This document shows, in pieces, positions 45,124-55,019 of a stretch of 64,000 nt of DNA (within the stretch, counting starts at the first letter, position 1; every line of letters begins with the position of its first letter). Source of the stretch: a virus; the IMG/VR virus record IMGVR_UViG_3300021963_000077, positions 25,511 through 89,510 of that record. One strand, given 5' to 3'. The translations under genes and the position numbers were made by a program. Under the pieces are notes generated by a model. The model was given only the letters and a program-made list of their open reading frames with translations. It was not told where the DNA came from and did not search any database.

Positions 45124-45618
45124 ATGAGCGATTCAATGTATTCAGTAAATAACGACGGATCAGACAACGGGATTAGTGTTCTTTCTCAGTTGAAAGAAAT
45201 CGTCAACAAAAAAGTTAAGCGTGATGATGTTTTCATTGAGGTTCCAGAGCGCAATGGCGTAAAGATCTTGATCAGCCCAAACATCACTCAGCAACAGCTC
45301 AAGTCTTGGCAGCGTCTTGCTGGAGCAGAAACAAAGAACGGCATTGATGCAACTAAGTTTGCCTGTCTCGTTGTTGCAAACACAACAACTGGCATCTACC
45401 TGAATGGTAGAGAGGCTCTTGATGAAGGCGGAAATCCTATTGGATTTGCGTCGGCAGAAATGCTTGAGATGACCAGTAGTGGCCGTGCAATTGAGGCCGT
45501 TGTTGCTTTCTTTGGTCTTGACCCGCATGTTGAGGCAGCGGCTTTGGCGATTCTTGACGCCGCGGGCTACGGTGACACGATTGAGACAATCAAGGAAAAC
45601 CCTACGAATCAGTCCTAG
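45124..45618 (+). CDS. Tail assembly chaperone (G-like)
   Basis: Between tube and tape measure; start ATG 45124. Confidence 0.75.
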   Translation: MSDSMYSVNNDGSDNGISVLSQLKEIVNKKVKRDDVFIEVPERNGVKILISPNITQQQLKSWQRLAGAETKNGIDATKFACLVVANTTTGIYLNGREALDEGGNPIGFASAEMLEMTSSGRAIEAVVAFFGLDPHVEAAALAILDAAGYGDTIETIKENPTNQS

Positions 45619-45788
45619 AGGAGCTGATAGAGGATCCTCGGATCCAAACAGCTGCCCGGCTTGGCAAAGCCTTTGGGACTGATCCAATTCAAATACTTAA
45701 TAGCTCAGACGATGAATGGCTCATTCGGTATGCCTGTGCTAAAGTTATTGAGGCTGATATGGAACAGGAAGCCCGAAATATGGGCTGA
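45594..45788 (+). CDS. Tail assembly chaperone -1 frameshift extension (GT-like)
   Basis: G GAA AAC at 45594-45600. The -1 frame reads PYESVLEELIEDPRIQTAARLGKAFGTDPIQILNSSDDEWLIRYACAKVIEADMEQEARNMG* (stop ends 45788). Confidence 0.8.
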   Translation, partial: GKPYESVLEELIEDPRIQTAARLGKAFGTDPIQILNSSDDEWLIRYACAKVIEADMEQEARNMG

Positions 45789-45823
45789 TTTAAGGCAGGC
45801 CTTCATTCAGGGGTTAGTAATCT

Positions 45824-48800
45824 ATGGCTGAGCGCGTAACAATAACTATTGACGTTGATGCCAAGACAGCTGAAATTGGTAAAACGATTGCAAGCCTTAA
45901 GACCCTTGACGCAACTGTTAATAGGCTAAATACAAGAACAAGACGTCTATCTGGTTCACTAAACAACCAAAATAAATCTCTTAAAGATCTTAATAAGAAT
46001 TTTGATGCCTACAACAAGCAGTTAGCCAGGGCATACAGGGGCGGAAGCAGGTTTAACTCAGTTGCCCGCCTAATGCTATTTACCGTAATTGGCCTTGGTA
46101 TTGAGTTTGCAGCCGTTGCACTGTCTCTTGTTAGCGTAAACGCAGCTTTCAATATAGGCAAGCTTGCCGTAAAGGGTTATCACGCCGCCTTAGCTGGCAT
46201 AGCTGGAGTTGTGGCGGCTATTGGTGTTGGATTAGCAACCGCAGCCGCAGCACAGCGTGAATACAATGCCTCACTTTATGCATTCCGCATGAAATCATTC
46301 CCAGCACTTGGCAAGGGACTTAATCAGTCAATGGGTATGCTACGCAACCTAACGACCGACGCCACAATGGCATCGTTTGGCATGCAGGCACTAAACCAAG
46401 CATTTGCGAGCGTTTCCAGAAGCTCTGAATTTACTGGACGGAGCCTGCAGGTTCTAAGATCGCTAGCTGACTTCTCCTATGCAGGCGGAGATCCTTCAAA
46501 GAACCTTGCCGCAGCTGCTGAGTTTGTTGGACTATTGCAAAAAGAAGGCAAAGTAACAGCAGAAGTAACCGCCGCTGCAAAAGCAATGGGCCCAGAGTTT
46601 GAAAAGTCTTTCAAGAAACTTGGCGCTGGCAAAAAGAATGCAGAGGATATTTTTGGCCTAATCACGAGCGGCGCGCTAGCCAAAGATGCTGGCGTACTTG
46701 GTCAAGCTGGAGTAGTTGGCGACACTTTGATTGGGACATTTAAGGCTTCCATAACAAGGATGCAGGCACTATTTGCTGACTTTGGTCAGCAATTCTTGGA
46801 GCCATTCCGAACAGTATTGCTCACAATTGAAGGTTTATTTAGAAGAACATTTGAGAAGGTTGGCCCAGACCTACGTAAATTTGCCGAGGGCCCATTACTC
46901 AGATTCATTACTGATGGCGCTGAAAATATTCTTAATCTGTCAATCACTCTTTTCCGTAAATACCTACCATTACTAGATGGGTTTGGTACAAAAGTAGGAA
47001 AATTTGCTGACTCATTTGTTAGATCATTTCGTCAACTAAGAGATGCACTAGAGCCACTGCGTAAAGGTGGATCTATTGTAATTGATACATTTGGAAAGCC
47101 TATTCTTGAGCTGTTCAAAGGCTTGGGCCGGAATGTTAAATCATTTGCGAATATGGCAGAAAAGAACCAGGATAAGTTTCTTGCGTTTGGTGATTCGCTG
47201 AAAAATCTTGTTGCCAGCGTTCTTGATTTTGCTGATGCGTTTAAAGAAGCTTTTACTAAGGCGCTACCCGTAATTACATCAATAGTTAATGGCTTGAGCG
47301 CAATCGTGAAGCTGTTTGCCACGATATTAAGAGGTGTAGCTTCTCTTGGAACATTTGGTGCAGCTCTCGGAATGGGTGGTCTTGCATACGGAGCAATGCG
47401 CGGACGTAGATCGGCACAAATCAGGTCAGGACGGCGCTCTAGGAATCCACAAGCTGCAGCTAATGCGCAGTTCTATGCCGACAACGGTGGGATCGGCATA
47501 CCGCTCACTCCGAGTTCTTCAATGTCGCAAACTGCTGCGTTTGGGCAGTCTGGATTCCTCCCATTCGGCGCACTGTCTAGTCCCTATGGTCGTCGTCAAA
47601 GCCTTGGACAATTAAAGGCAAAAGCAGCAGCAACTGGAGCATCAAAGTCTTCTGCGTATAAAAAATACGCAATGCAACGCATGAGTGTTGCTGGGATTGC
47701 TTCTGGCATGGCAATGGCGGAACTTGGACCCAGAATCTTTGGGGAAGAAAGCTCTACGGCAATGCAAATAGGCGGTGCAGTATCAGCGTTTAGCCCATTT
47801 GTAGGTGCTGGCGTCGGACTTCTTGGGGCAGGGTACAGCGCACGAACTGAAAAGGGCGGGAAGTACCTTGGGGCTGCGGGCGGCGCAATGCTTGGCGCAA
47901 AGATCGGTTCAATGACTGGAAATCCATGGGGAATCGCTGCTGGCATCATCATTGGTGGCGTTGCAGGGGCAATAATGGGAAAGCTCCGCGGTGGCTCGGC
48001 GGAACGTAAATTAGCCAAAAGCATCGGTGGAAAAGTTCAGTCATCAGTGCTTCAAAATGTTGCATCAGCGCTTGTATCTGGAGATACCGGAACAGCTAGG
48101 CAGATGATTAGTGAAGCGTCCAAAAAGGCAAAAGAATACGATCGCGCAGACGATGAGGGAAGAAAGAAGATTATTAGGTCGCTAGGAGCTTCAGGACTGC
48201 TCACTCCAGAAGAGATGAAGGCAGCTTCAAAGCACTTAGATAACTTCGGTAAGGGTTTCAAAGATCTTCAGTCAAATCTTCGGAAGGCCATGGATGGCCC
48301 AATGAAGAATTTTGATGAGTTGATTAGGGGCGTAGGATCTGCAAGCGGTCTAGCGAAGGAAGAGATAGTTGACCTTGCTCGCAAGATGAATGTCAACCTC
48401 TACGATCCGACACTAAAGTTACAGGATGCTATAGCAGCACTTGGTGTCGGAATGGTTAAAACAGCAGCCGAGCTTAAAGTGGCAATGCGTGATGTGCTCA
48501 TTGACTCAATGTCCGTATTTGATGAGATTCGCAAAATTGACGATACCGTTACTGCGCTAGCAGAAGCTGGAGAAAGATTTAGAACTGGAAGTGTTGGGGA
48601 CTTCGTTAAGGATGATTTCCTAGACCTTCTTGAAACAAGCGTTTCGTTTGTCACGCAAGAATTTCCAAACGACCCCCTCAAGAGCCTTCGTGCGATGATT
48701 GAAATGTATGGTGGGCCTGGAGGTACGGCATTTACAGCAGGTGCTGGCCCGCTTGGCAGACCTGGGATGTATGATGCGTTTGTAAATACTGGTGGATTCT

Positions 48801-49801
48801 CTGCTTTCAAACAGTACGCAAACACGGCATTAGGTGGATTAGGTGCCGAAGCATTTGGCAATGTTGGCGCACAGCTAGCCAACCAAGGTCTTGTATTCCA
48901 AGATCCTGCGATGCTACAGACATTAACGAAGCGCCTAACAGATATTGGCGCAACTGATCCATTGAAAGCAATTGACATTCTCAGTCAATTGCAAAATATA
49001 AATATTGATAAACGGTTTGGTAAAACACGTGCTGGCGTTCGTGGAATACCAGCAGAACTGCTCAATTTCCTAAAAGACCAGGGTATTGATATAGGCGGCA
49101 TTGGCATCAGAACGTCTTCTGCTGGAATCAACACAACAACTGACCCATCTCTTCAGCCATTGCAAGAAAGTATTATCTCTGCAATCAATACAGGATTTGA
49201 CGCAAAGCCAGAATGGTGGGAAGGCTATCCAGATTGGTGGACTGGTACACGACCGGGCGCAAGTGCGCCAGGAGCAAGACCTGGACAACCTGGATATGTA
49301 TCTCCTCTTGGCCCGCAACTTGATCCCAATAACGATGGTATTCCAGGCGGCGGCGATACTCGGACTTCTCGTTTGATGCGGACAATGTCTTCTCATAAGC
49401 GCTTTGATTCAGCTATAGCAGGCAAACGCTCAGTCACATCTTCGTTGCGTGATTTTAATCTTGGATCACCGAGCTCAGATCATGCAACCGGAAATGCTTA
49501 TGACCTAACTGGTCAGAACCTTGGCCTATATGCCACAATGATTAAGGGATCTGGTGGTTTTGCCGAGTTCCATGGAGGCGGCGCATCTCGTCATCTGCAC
49601 GTCGTTCCTCCGTCTGCACCAATGGGTGACAGGACAAATCCAGTAAGAGTTGCGCCATCTTCGCAGTCTGGTGGCTCTTCTGTGGGTGGAAATGTAACGC
49701 TTAATATTTACGGATCTGAGAATCAGAATGTTAAAGAGCTGGCGCGTATCGTGATTAACGAAATAGATAAAACACAGCGTTCATCGAGGGAGCGCAGATA
49801 A
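45824..49801 (+). CDS. Tape measure protein with C-terminal M15/LAS-type peptidase motif
   Basis: 1325 aa, Ala/Gly-rich helical with hydrophobic stretches; SDHATGNAYDL...HLHV. Confidence 0.88.
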   Translation: MAERVTITIDVDAKTAEIGKTIASLKTLDATVNRLNTRTRRLSGSLNNQNKSLKDLNKNFDAYNKQLARAYRGGSRFNSVARLMLFTVIGLGIEFAAVALSLVSVNAAFNIGKLAVKGYHAALAGIAGVVAAIGVGLATAAAAQREYNASLYAFRMKSFPALGKGLNQSMGMLRNLTTDATMASFGMQALNQAFASVSRSSEFTGRSLQVLRSLADFSYAGGDPSKNLAAAAEFVGLLQKEGKVTAEVTAAAKAMGPEFEKSFKKLGAGKKNAEDIFGLITSGALAKDAGVLGQAGVVGDTLIGTFKASITRMQALFADFGQQFLEPFRTVLLTIEGLFRRTFEKVGPDLRKFAEGPLLRFITDGAENILNLSITLFRKYLPLLDGFGTKVGKFADSFVRSFRQLRDALEPLRKGGSIVIDTFGKPILELFKGLGRNVKSFANMAEKNQDKFLAFGDSLKNLVASVLDFADAFKEAFTKALPVITSIVNGLSAIVKLFATILRGVASLGTFGAALGMGGLAYGAMRGRRSAQIRSGRRSRNPQAAANAQFYADNGGIGIPLTPSSSMSQTAAFGQSGFLPFGALSSPYGRRQSLGQLKAKAAATGASKSSAYKKYAMQRMSVAGIASGMAMAELGPRIFGEESSTAMQIGGAVSAFSPFVGAGVGLLGAGYSARTEKGGKYLGAAGGAMLGAKIGSMTGNPWGIAAGIIIGGVAGAIMGKLRGGSAERKLAKSIGGKVQSSVLQNVASALVSGDTGTARQMISEASKKAKEYDRADDEGRKKIIRSLGASGLLTPEEMKAASKHLDNFGKGFKDLQSNLRKAMDGPMKNFDELIRGVGSASGLAKEEIVDLARKMNVNLYDPTLKLQDAIAALGVGMVKTAAELKVAMRDVLIDSMSVFDEIRKIDDTVTALAEAGERFRTGSVGDFVKDDFLDLLETSVSFVTQEFPNDPLKSLRAMIEMYGGPGGTAFTAGAGPLGRPGMYDAFVNTGGFSAFKQYANTALGGLGAEAFGNVGAQLANQGLVFQDPAMLQTLTKRLTDIGATDPLKAIDILSQLQNINIDKRFGKTRAGVRGIPAELLNFLKDQGIDIGGIGIRTSSAGINTTTDPSLQPLQESIISAINTGFDAKPEWWEGYPDWWTGTRPGASAPGARPGQPGYVSPLGPQLDPNNDGIPGGGDTRTSRLMRTMSSHKRFDSAIAGKRSVTSSLRDFNLGSPSSDHATGNAYDLTGQNLGLYATMIKGSGGFAEFHGGGASRHLHVVPPSAPMGDRTNPVRVAPSSQSGGSSVGGNVTLNIYGSENQNVKELARIVINEIDKTQRSSRERR

Positions 49802-50577
49802 TGGCAAAGCAAGAATCTAGGCTGTATCCAAAAAATAAACAGATTGCTTCAGTATTTATAAGCCTTCCTTCAGAGTTGACTAGTCAGGCGCGGGCAAGGC
49901 TTCCACAAGGCACAGACAACGAACCACGACGACGCATGATCCAGACTGGTGAACCATACGCAGTATTTGAATTTGGTACACCACCTAACCAAATTAGTTT
50001 TGAAGGCATCGCAGCTGAGTATACAGAATTGCCTCGCCCGCTTATGAGCCCAGCAGTTGATGTTAAAAACTCTAGGTCATACAGGGTTAGTTTTGAATTC
50101 TTAGTTGCGCATATTGAAACAATTAACGGTGGAAAGTTAGTTGATGGAATGTATGTTCCAGTGCACGACAAACTAAAAACTCTTGAGTTAATGGCAAATA
50201 GGCCCGTCCCAGTTCGGTTTGAAAACTTTGATCCAATGATGACTGGGAATACTTGGTATATAAGTGAAATGACATTTAATGCAGTGAGATACAACACTGC
50301 AGGTGAAATAACATCCTGTCAAGTATCAATAAACCTTATAAGTTTCCAGCAACAGACATCAAGATTCGTTTCAATGCCCAAAATCTCATATAGGCCAGCG
50401 GTTAAAAAAGATAGTTCTTCTAAAGATAAAAAAGGTTCACCACCTACTGAAATTCCTCTTGACGAGCTAATGCGACTTCAAGTTGCAGCACTAACAAACA
50501 TCCATGCTGCGCAACGGCTTCTTGAAATCAAGGCCGGCATACAGTCTGGCAAAGTAACCGTAGCTGTCCCCAAGTAA
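49801..50577 (+). CDS. Tail tube initiator / baseplate protein
   Basis: Position after tape measure; WYISEM...GEITSCQVSINL. Confidence 0.6.
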   Translation: MAKQESRLYPKNKQIASVFISLPSELTSQARARLPQGTDNEPRRRMIQTGEPYAVFEFGTPPNQISFEGIAAEYTELPRPLMSPAVDVKNSRSYRVSFEFLVAHIETINGGKLVDGMYVPVHDKLKTLELMANRPVPVRFENFDPMMTGNTWYISEMTFNAVRYNTAGEITSCQVSINLISFQQQTSRFVSMPKISYRPAVKKDSSSKDKKGSPPTEIPLDELMRLQVAALTNIHAAQRLLEIKAGIQSGKVTVAVPK

Positions 50578-50592
50578 CGAGCGCAATGTTTT

Positions 50593-52329
50593 ATGGCGAC
50601 AACATACACCTACAACTCACCAGAAGAGTTTTTTAACGACATAGCAAACTTTTCACTCGGAAAAGGCTCACAGTTTGTTGAATTTGATTTCACACCAAAA
50701 GTACCTGGAAATATAGATCTCTTCAATAGGCCAGTTGTTAAAGATGCTGCTGGGAATATTGCAACAGTACAGTCAATAACTATTTCTGAAGACAATTACT
50801 TTGTTCTCATACCTACTGTGCTGGAAATGCCAAGCAAAAAAGGCATGATTGTAAGTAATTCTGATGCAATAAAGCATTATAAGAGAACTGGAAAACATTT
50901 AGGAAAGTTCGCCTCGCAGGCACATGCTGACACGTATGCAAAAGCTTTGTCAAAACAGCAAGGAATCGTATACTCACCCAAATATGCCCAAACGCTAGAG
51001 AAAATACGCAAAGGTGAAAAAGTCCAAGACGGCGTCATTAACTTGAGCGGAGCAACTCAATACTATTCAACTCTTTCGGATTTTATGATGGCGTTTAATG
51101 TCAACTACTCCATGGATTCATCAAGCCAAATAACGATGGAATTTTTTGATCCTGAGTACAAAATGGCAGAGTCTAATTTTTTTCAAATAAGACAAGAATT
51201 CCAATATAGAGGAATGGCATTTGAAATAGCCTCAGTTGAGTTTGGCCCTGGCCCAGGTGGGTCGCCATCTGTAAAGATTGAAGCTCGTAATGCTGCAATA
51301 CAAAAGATGAAGCGCAATAAGGACACAACATCCATATCTGGATCGTCCGGATACGAGTATGCCCGTAATGTGGCCGCTAAATACGGGTTACGTTTTCTTG
51401 GTGAGCAGTCCCCAAATCAAAAAAATATCGTTCACCCAAGATCTTCAGACAAAGATGCATCGGTTTGGACAGTGCTGCAGCAAGTGGCTTCCGAGAATCA
51501 ATTCGTTGTTTTTGAAGTTGATGGATTGCTTGTTTATGCATCTCAGCCGTTTCTAATGTGGAGACTAGGTGTTCAAACGCGCATTAAAACGACTACATCT
51601 AAGAAAAAAGCCGGAAGCGGAACAACCCCAGTCAAAAAGTCAACAATTCAGCGGTTTAATAAGCTTTTCTTTGAAACAGACCTCGATACTGTTCAGTCAT
51701 CTCTCGAGTACTCTGACAAAGCAATAGACATCGCAACTGCGCAATCCACGGTTATTGCAAATGTTGAGGCAACTATTGACTTGATTACTTACTATATTGC
51801 TTCTAGGGGCCTATCCAGAACATCCCCGCTCGCATACGAATATTCTGATGGCAAGTATGTAGTGCTGATCCCGAGCATCACGTTAACTGGTATTTTTGAG
51901 ACACGCATAGATGCTATAAAGCGTTACAAAAACAGTGGATATCATTTTGGCAAGTTTTTGGCGAAAGGTGCAGTAACTGCATCAAAGCGCGCCTCAATTC
52001 ATTTAGCTCACATAAATGCACAGTATGGAAAATTAAGAGCTCTTGGAGATGGGTTGTATACATCTGTTCCTGCATTTGAGGTTGTCACATACCCAATTTT
52101 CAGAAGGTCAGATAATGATCCACTGGAAGGCGATGGTGGTGTAGTTGTACGCAAGCCAAACGGTCAACTGCTTAGACCCGGGCAGACTGCATTTGTGGGC
52201 CCAAAGCCAACTCGCATGAAGGGTGGATATCTCATAACAGAAGTGTCATATGATGAGCTAACACCAGATCCGGTGCAGGTAACATTCAGAACACCGATAA
52301 AGCCAGAAGAACAAGACACTCCAGAGTAG
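50593..52329 (+). CDS. Baseplate hub protein with two inserted VLIP..H[LF]GKF domains
   Basis: SVWTVLQQVASENQFVVFEVDGLLVY, GGYLITEVSY. Confidence 0.65.
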   Translation: MATTYTYNSPEEFFNDIANFSLGKGSQFVEFDFTPKVPGNIDLFNRPVVKDAAGNIATVQSITISEDNYFVLIPTVLEMPSKKGMIVSNSDAIKHYKRTGKHLGKFASQAHADTYAKALSKQQGIVYSPKYAQTLEKIRKGEKVQDGVINLSGATQYYSTLSDFMMAFNVNYSMDSSSQITMEFFDPEYKMAESNFFQIRQEFQYRGMAFEIASVEFGPGPGGSPSVKIEARNAAIQKMKRNKDTTSISGSSGYEYARNVAAKYGLRFLGEQSPNQKNIVHPRSSDKDASVWTVLQQVASENQFVVFEVDGLLVYASQPFLMWRLGVQTRIKTTTSKKKAGSGTTPVKKSTIQRFNKLFFETDLDTVQSSLEYSDKAIDIATAQSTVIANVEATIDLITYYIASRGLSRTSPLAYEYSDGKYVVLIPSITLTGIFETRIDAIKRYKNSGYHFGKFLAKGAVTASKRASIHLAHINAQYGKLRALGDGLYTSVPAFEVVTYPIFRRSDNDPLEGDGGVVVRKPNGQLLRPGQTAFVGPKPTRMKGGYLITEVSYDELTPDPVQVTFRTPIKPEEQDTPE

Positions 52330-52337
52330 GCATTGGT

Positions 52338-53099
52338 ATGGAAAATCAAATCTTTACAAACCCTACCAAGGCATCATCTAAGCCCCTTGGGTCAGTTGGT
52401 ACATACCTAGGGAAGGTAGTGCGCATTGCTGATAACGGAGATTTGTTCGTAAAAATCCCACACCTATCAACTAAGCGCGTATTCGGGCCATGTAAAAACT
52501 TTGCAGGTCATGCTCCTGTTGACATATATGTAATTGTGTCATTTCTTGACTCACGCCTAGATGAGCCAGTTGTAACTGGTGTTGAAACAAGCGTCAGGTA
52601 CAAAGTTGGCGACACTGGTCCTGGTGGTGGAATTATATTTTATGTTGACAGATTTGGTGAATATACAGTTCTTGATTTTGGATACCTTGAAGTATCAGCA
52701 TCACACGCCGACACATCGCGAACTTGGGCTCAGGCCTCAAAACAGACCAGTAGCGTGAGTGGCGCCTTCGGCAAAGGGCTGGGGCGCGGTTATCAGAATA
52801 CGATTGACATCGTTGAACAGGGAAATACCAGCGCAGCTACATGTGCGGCAACATATTGTTCAGAATTTGCAGATCAAGGGATCAGCGACTGGTATCTGCC
52901 GAGTCTTGGCGAACTTGGGTTGCTGAGGACGAGTATTCAGCTAGGCCTAGATGAAGGATCTTTCTGGAACGCTCAGTATTGGAGCTCAACTCAATACACA
53001 AACGCAAACGCTTATACCCAAGACTTCATAACAGGAACAGTTACCACGCCGTCAAAGGCTATGAATTTACGCACGCGACCTATCCGACGCTTCAAGTAA
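52338..53099 (+). CDS. Baseplate spike-like N-terminus fused to DUF1566/Lcl C-type-lectin-fold domain
   Basis: YLGKVV...VKIP...GPC; VGDTGPGGGIIFY, DWYLPSLGEL, YWSST, RPIRRF. Confidence 0.72.
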   Translation: MENQIFTNPTKASSKPLGSVGTYLGKVVRIADNGDLFVKIPHLSTKRVFGPCKNFAGHAPVDIYVIVSFLDSRLDEPVVTGVETSVRYKVGDTGPGGGIIFYVDRFGEYTVLDFGYLEVSASHADTSRTWAQASKQTSSVSGAFGKGLGRGYQNTIDIVEQGNTSAATCAATYCSEFADQGISDWYLPSLGELGLLRTSIQLGLDEGSFWNAQYWSSTQYTNANAYTQDFITGTVTTPSKAMNLRTRPIRRFK

Positions 53100-53125
53100 C
53101 CTATACTTAAAATGGAGACTTCGCT

Positions 53126-53419
53126 ATGGATACAATAAAATTTCCAATTTCTTTCAAAAATGGTGTCACCGAGAAGCTATCCGAGGACACGGATCAGTAC
53201 TGGGCGCAATTCTTAGCCATGCTCGTAAGGGTTGAAACAGGTGAAATGCTCCTAGAGCCGACATACGGCATAAATGATCCAACATTTTCAAAACTTGACA
53301 CAGGAAGAGTTAAACTTGTTGCGCGCCGTTTCTACCCTGAAATTGAAATAAATAGCGTAGATGCTCAACGTCCATCTGGCGATGGGGCGCAGAAGATTAA
53401 GATCTCATACTCGTATTGA
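53126..53419 (+). CDS. Baseplate wedge subunit, gp25-like
   Basis: IKFP, GEMLLEPTYG, FYPEI. Confidence 0.75.
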   Translation: MDTIKFPISFKNGVTEKLSEDTDQYWAQFLAMLVRVETGEMLLEPTYGINDPTFSKLDTGRVKLVARRFYPEIEINSVDAQRPSGDGAQKIKISYSY

Positions 53420-53430
53420 TAGGTTGACAA

Positions 53431-55017
53431 ATGGCTTCTCCTGATTTTTCACAATATATTGACCTAACAGTCAATGATCTACAGCCTACAGATCTCTACA
53501 CGGCGGCTACAGACTATGCGCGCATAGCATTGCCAGAATTTGAGCCACGAGTTGGTTCGGTTGAAGATGCGTTATTGCAAGCTGTTTCAACAGTTGGCGC
53601 AATAAACCTTGCGGCAATAAACAGACTGCCAAATGGTCTAATGGAAGGCGTTTTACGACTCCTTGGCCTAGAGAGACGTGAGGCATCGTCATCAACAGTT
53701 CAGGTTCAATTTGAGCTACTCAATGCAGGATCAACTGTTCCTGCAAACTTCACAGTTGTTTACGAAGTTACATCAAACGATCAGGTATTTCAGTACCCAT
53801 TTGTTTTGCAGTCATCTGTTACGGCGCCCGCTGAAAGCACTACCGTAGATGCCACTCTTGTATGTTCCGTGGTTGGAACAATACCCACGATAACTGTTGG
53901 TACAGATCTTGAACTAGCAACGACATCATCAAATGTTTTTGGTTGCACAACTACTGCAATAGTTGCACAAGGCCTAGACGCAGAGACAGACACTGAATTT
54001 CTAAGCCGCGGAACAACATACCTCGCTTCACTGAGTCGCACCCTTAATACCGCTCGTCAAATAGAGAGCTACATTCTTGCCACATATCCAGAAGTTGGCC
54101 GATGCAAGGTTTACGATCTTGCTTACTCGGTATCTAATATAACAACTCCTGCAACCTCCTCGATATCGTCTGACGGTACAGAGGTTTCTCTTTACACAAC
54201 AATTACAAATCAGTCATCAGGCAACCCTTATGCAGACATATCGCCCGTATCTATATGGCGAGTAATTTTGCCACCGTTCTACGGCATAGCCGAAACTGAT
54301 GGGCTTAATGATCCAAATACTGAAGCATGGGCAAGCGGTCTTTTTACTGGCCTCGACTGGGGCGAGTTCGGTGCAGATGAAGGACAAATGGGAACAATGT
54401 CGTTTATCCCAGCCAATACATTTGATCCGACCACAATTGAAGATGTTGATTTTATTGAATTCATCTTGTGTAATGGACTGCAGAAAAGCACATACAACAC
54501 ATATCCGGTTCCAGGATCATTCACTATTGTGATTCTTGGTCAGAATGGAATACCAGTTTCGCGGGATGTAAAGCTTGCGATATATGAAGACATAGTCAGC
54601 AGGACAACGCCAGGAATGCTTGTATCCGTCATATCGGCATTTCCGTACAATATTGACATAGCAGTAGCCGTTGTCTTAGAAGCTGGCTACTCTGGTGTCA
54701 CAATAGAAGATGAAGTCAAGACTTTATTAGAGGAATACTACTCAATGGAGTCGTTCCCGTACTGGTCTGATCCTATTGGCTATAACCAAATTGCATCCCT
54801 TGCTGGCTCTGTAACTGGTGTTAAAAGCGTTCATTCGGTTACCGCAACAATTCCTACATACGGCTCGGATGGAATAGCGCGGAGCATCTATAACTTGAAC
54901 GATGGATCCGTTTCTATAAGCACAATCGGTGGTGTTGACTATATAAATCCAGAGTTTTATGGAACTCTTCCATCAGCGCTCGTGACGGTAACTTCTTCAA
55001 CAGAAATACCAGTATAA
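53431..55017 (+). CDS. Baseplate J-like protein
   Basis: LRLLGLERREA, GLDAETDTEFLSR, VTGVKSV. Confidence 0.85.
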   Translation: MASPDFSQYIDLTVNDLQPTDLYTAATDYARIALPEFEPRVGSVEDALLQAVSTVGAINLAAINRLPNGLMEGVLRLLGLERREASSSTVQVQFELLNAGSTVPANFTVVYEVTSNDQVFQYPFVLQSSVTAPAESTTVDATLVCSVVGTIPTITVGTDLELATTSSNVFGCTTTAIVAQGLDAETDTEFLSRGTTYLASLSRTLNTARQIESYILATYPEVGRCKVYDLAYSVSNITTPATSSISSDGTEVSLYTTITNQSSGNPYADISPVSIWRVILPPFYGIAETDGLNDPNTEAWASGLFTGLDWGEFGADEGQMGTMSFIPANTFDPTTIEDVDFIEFILCNGLQKSTYNTYPVPGSFTIVILGQNGIPVSRDVKLAIYEDIVSRTTPGMLVSVISAFPYNIDIAVAVVLEAGYSGVTIEDEVKTLLEEYYSMESFPYWSDPIGYNQIASLAGSVTGVKSVHSVTATIPTYGSDGIARSIYNLNDGSVSISTIGGVDYINPEFYGTLPSALVTVTSSTEIPV

Positions 55018-55019
55018 TT

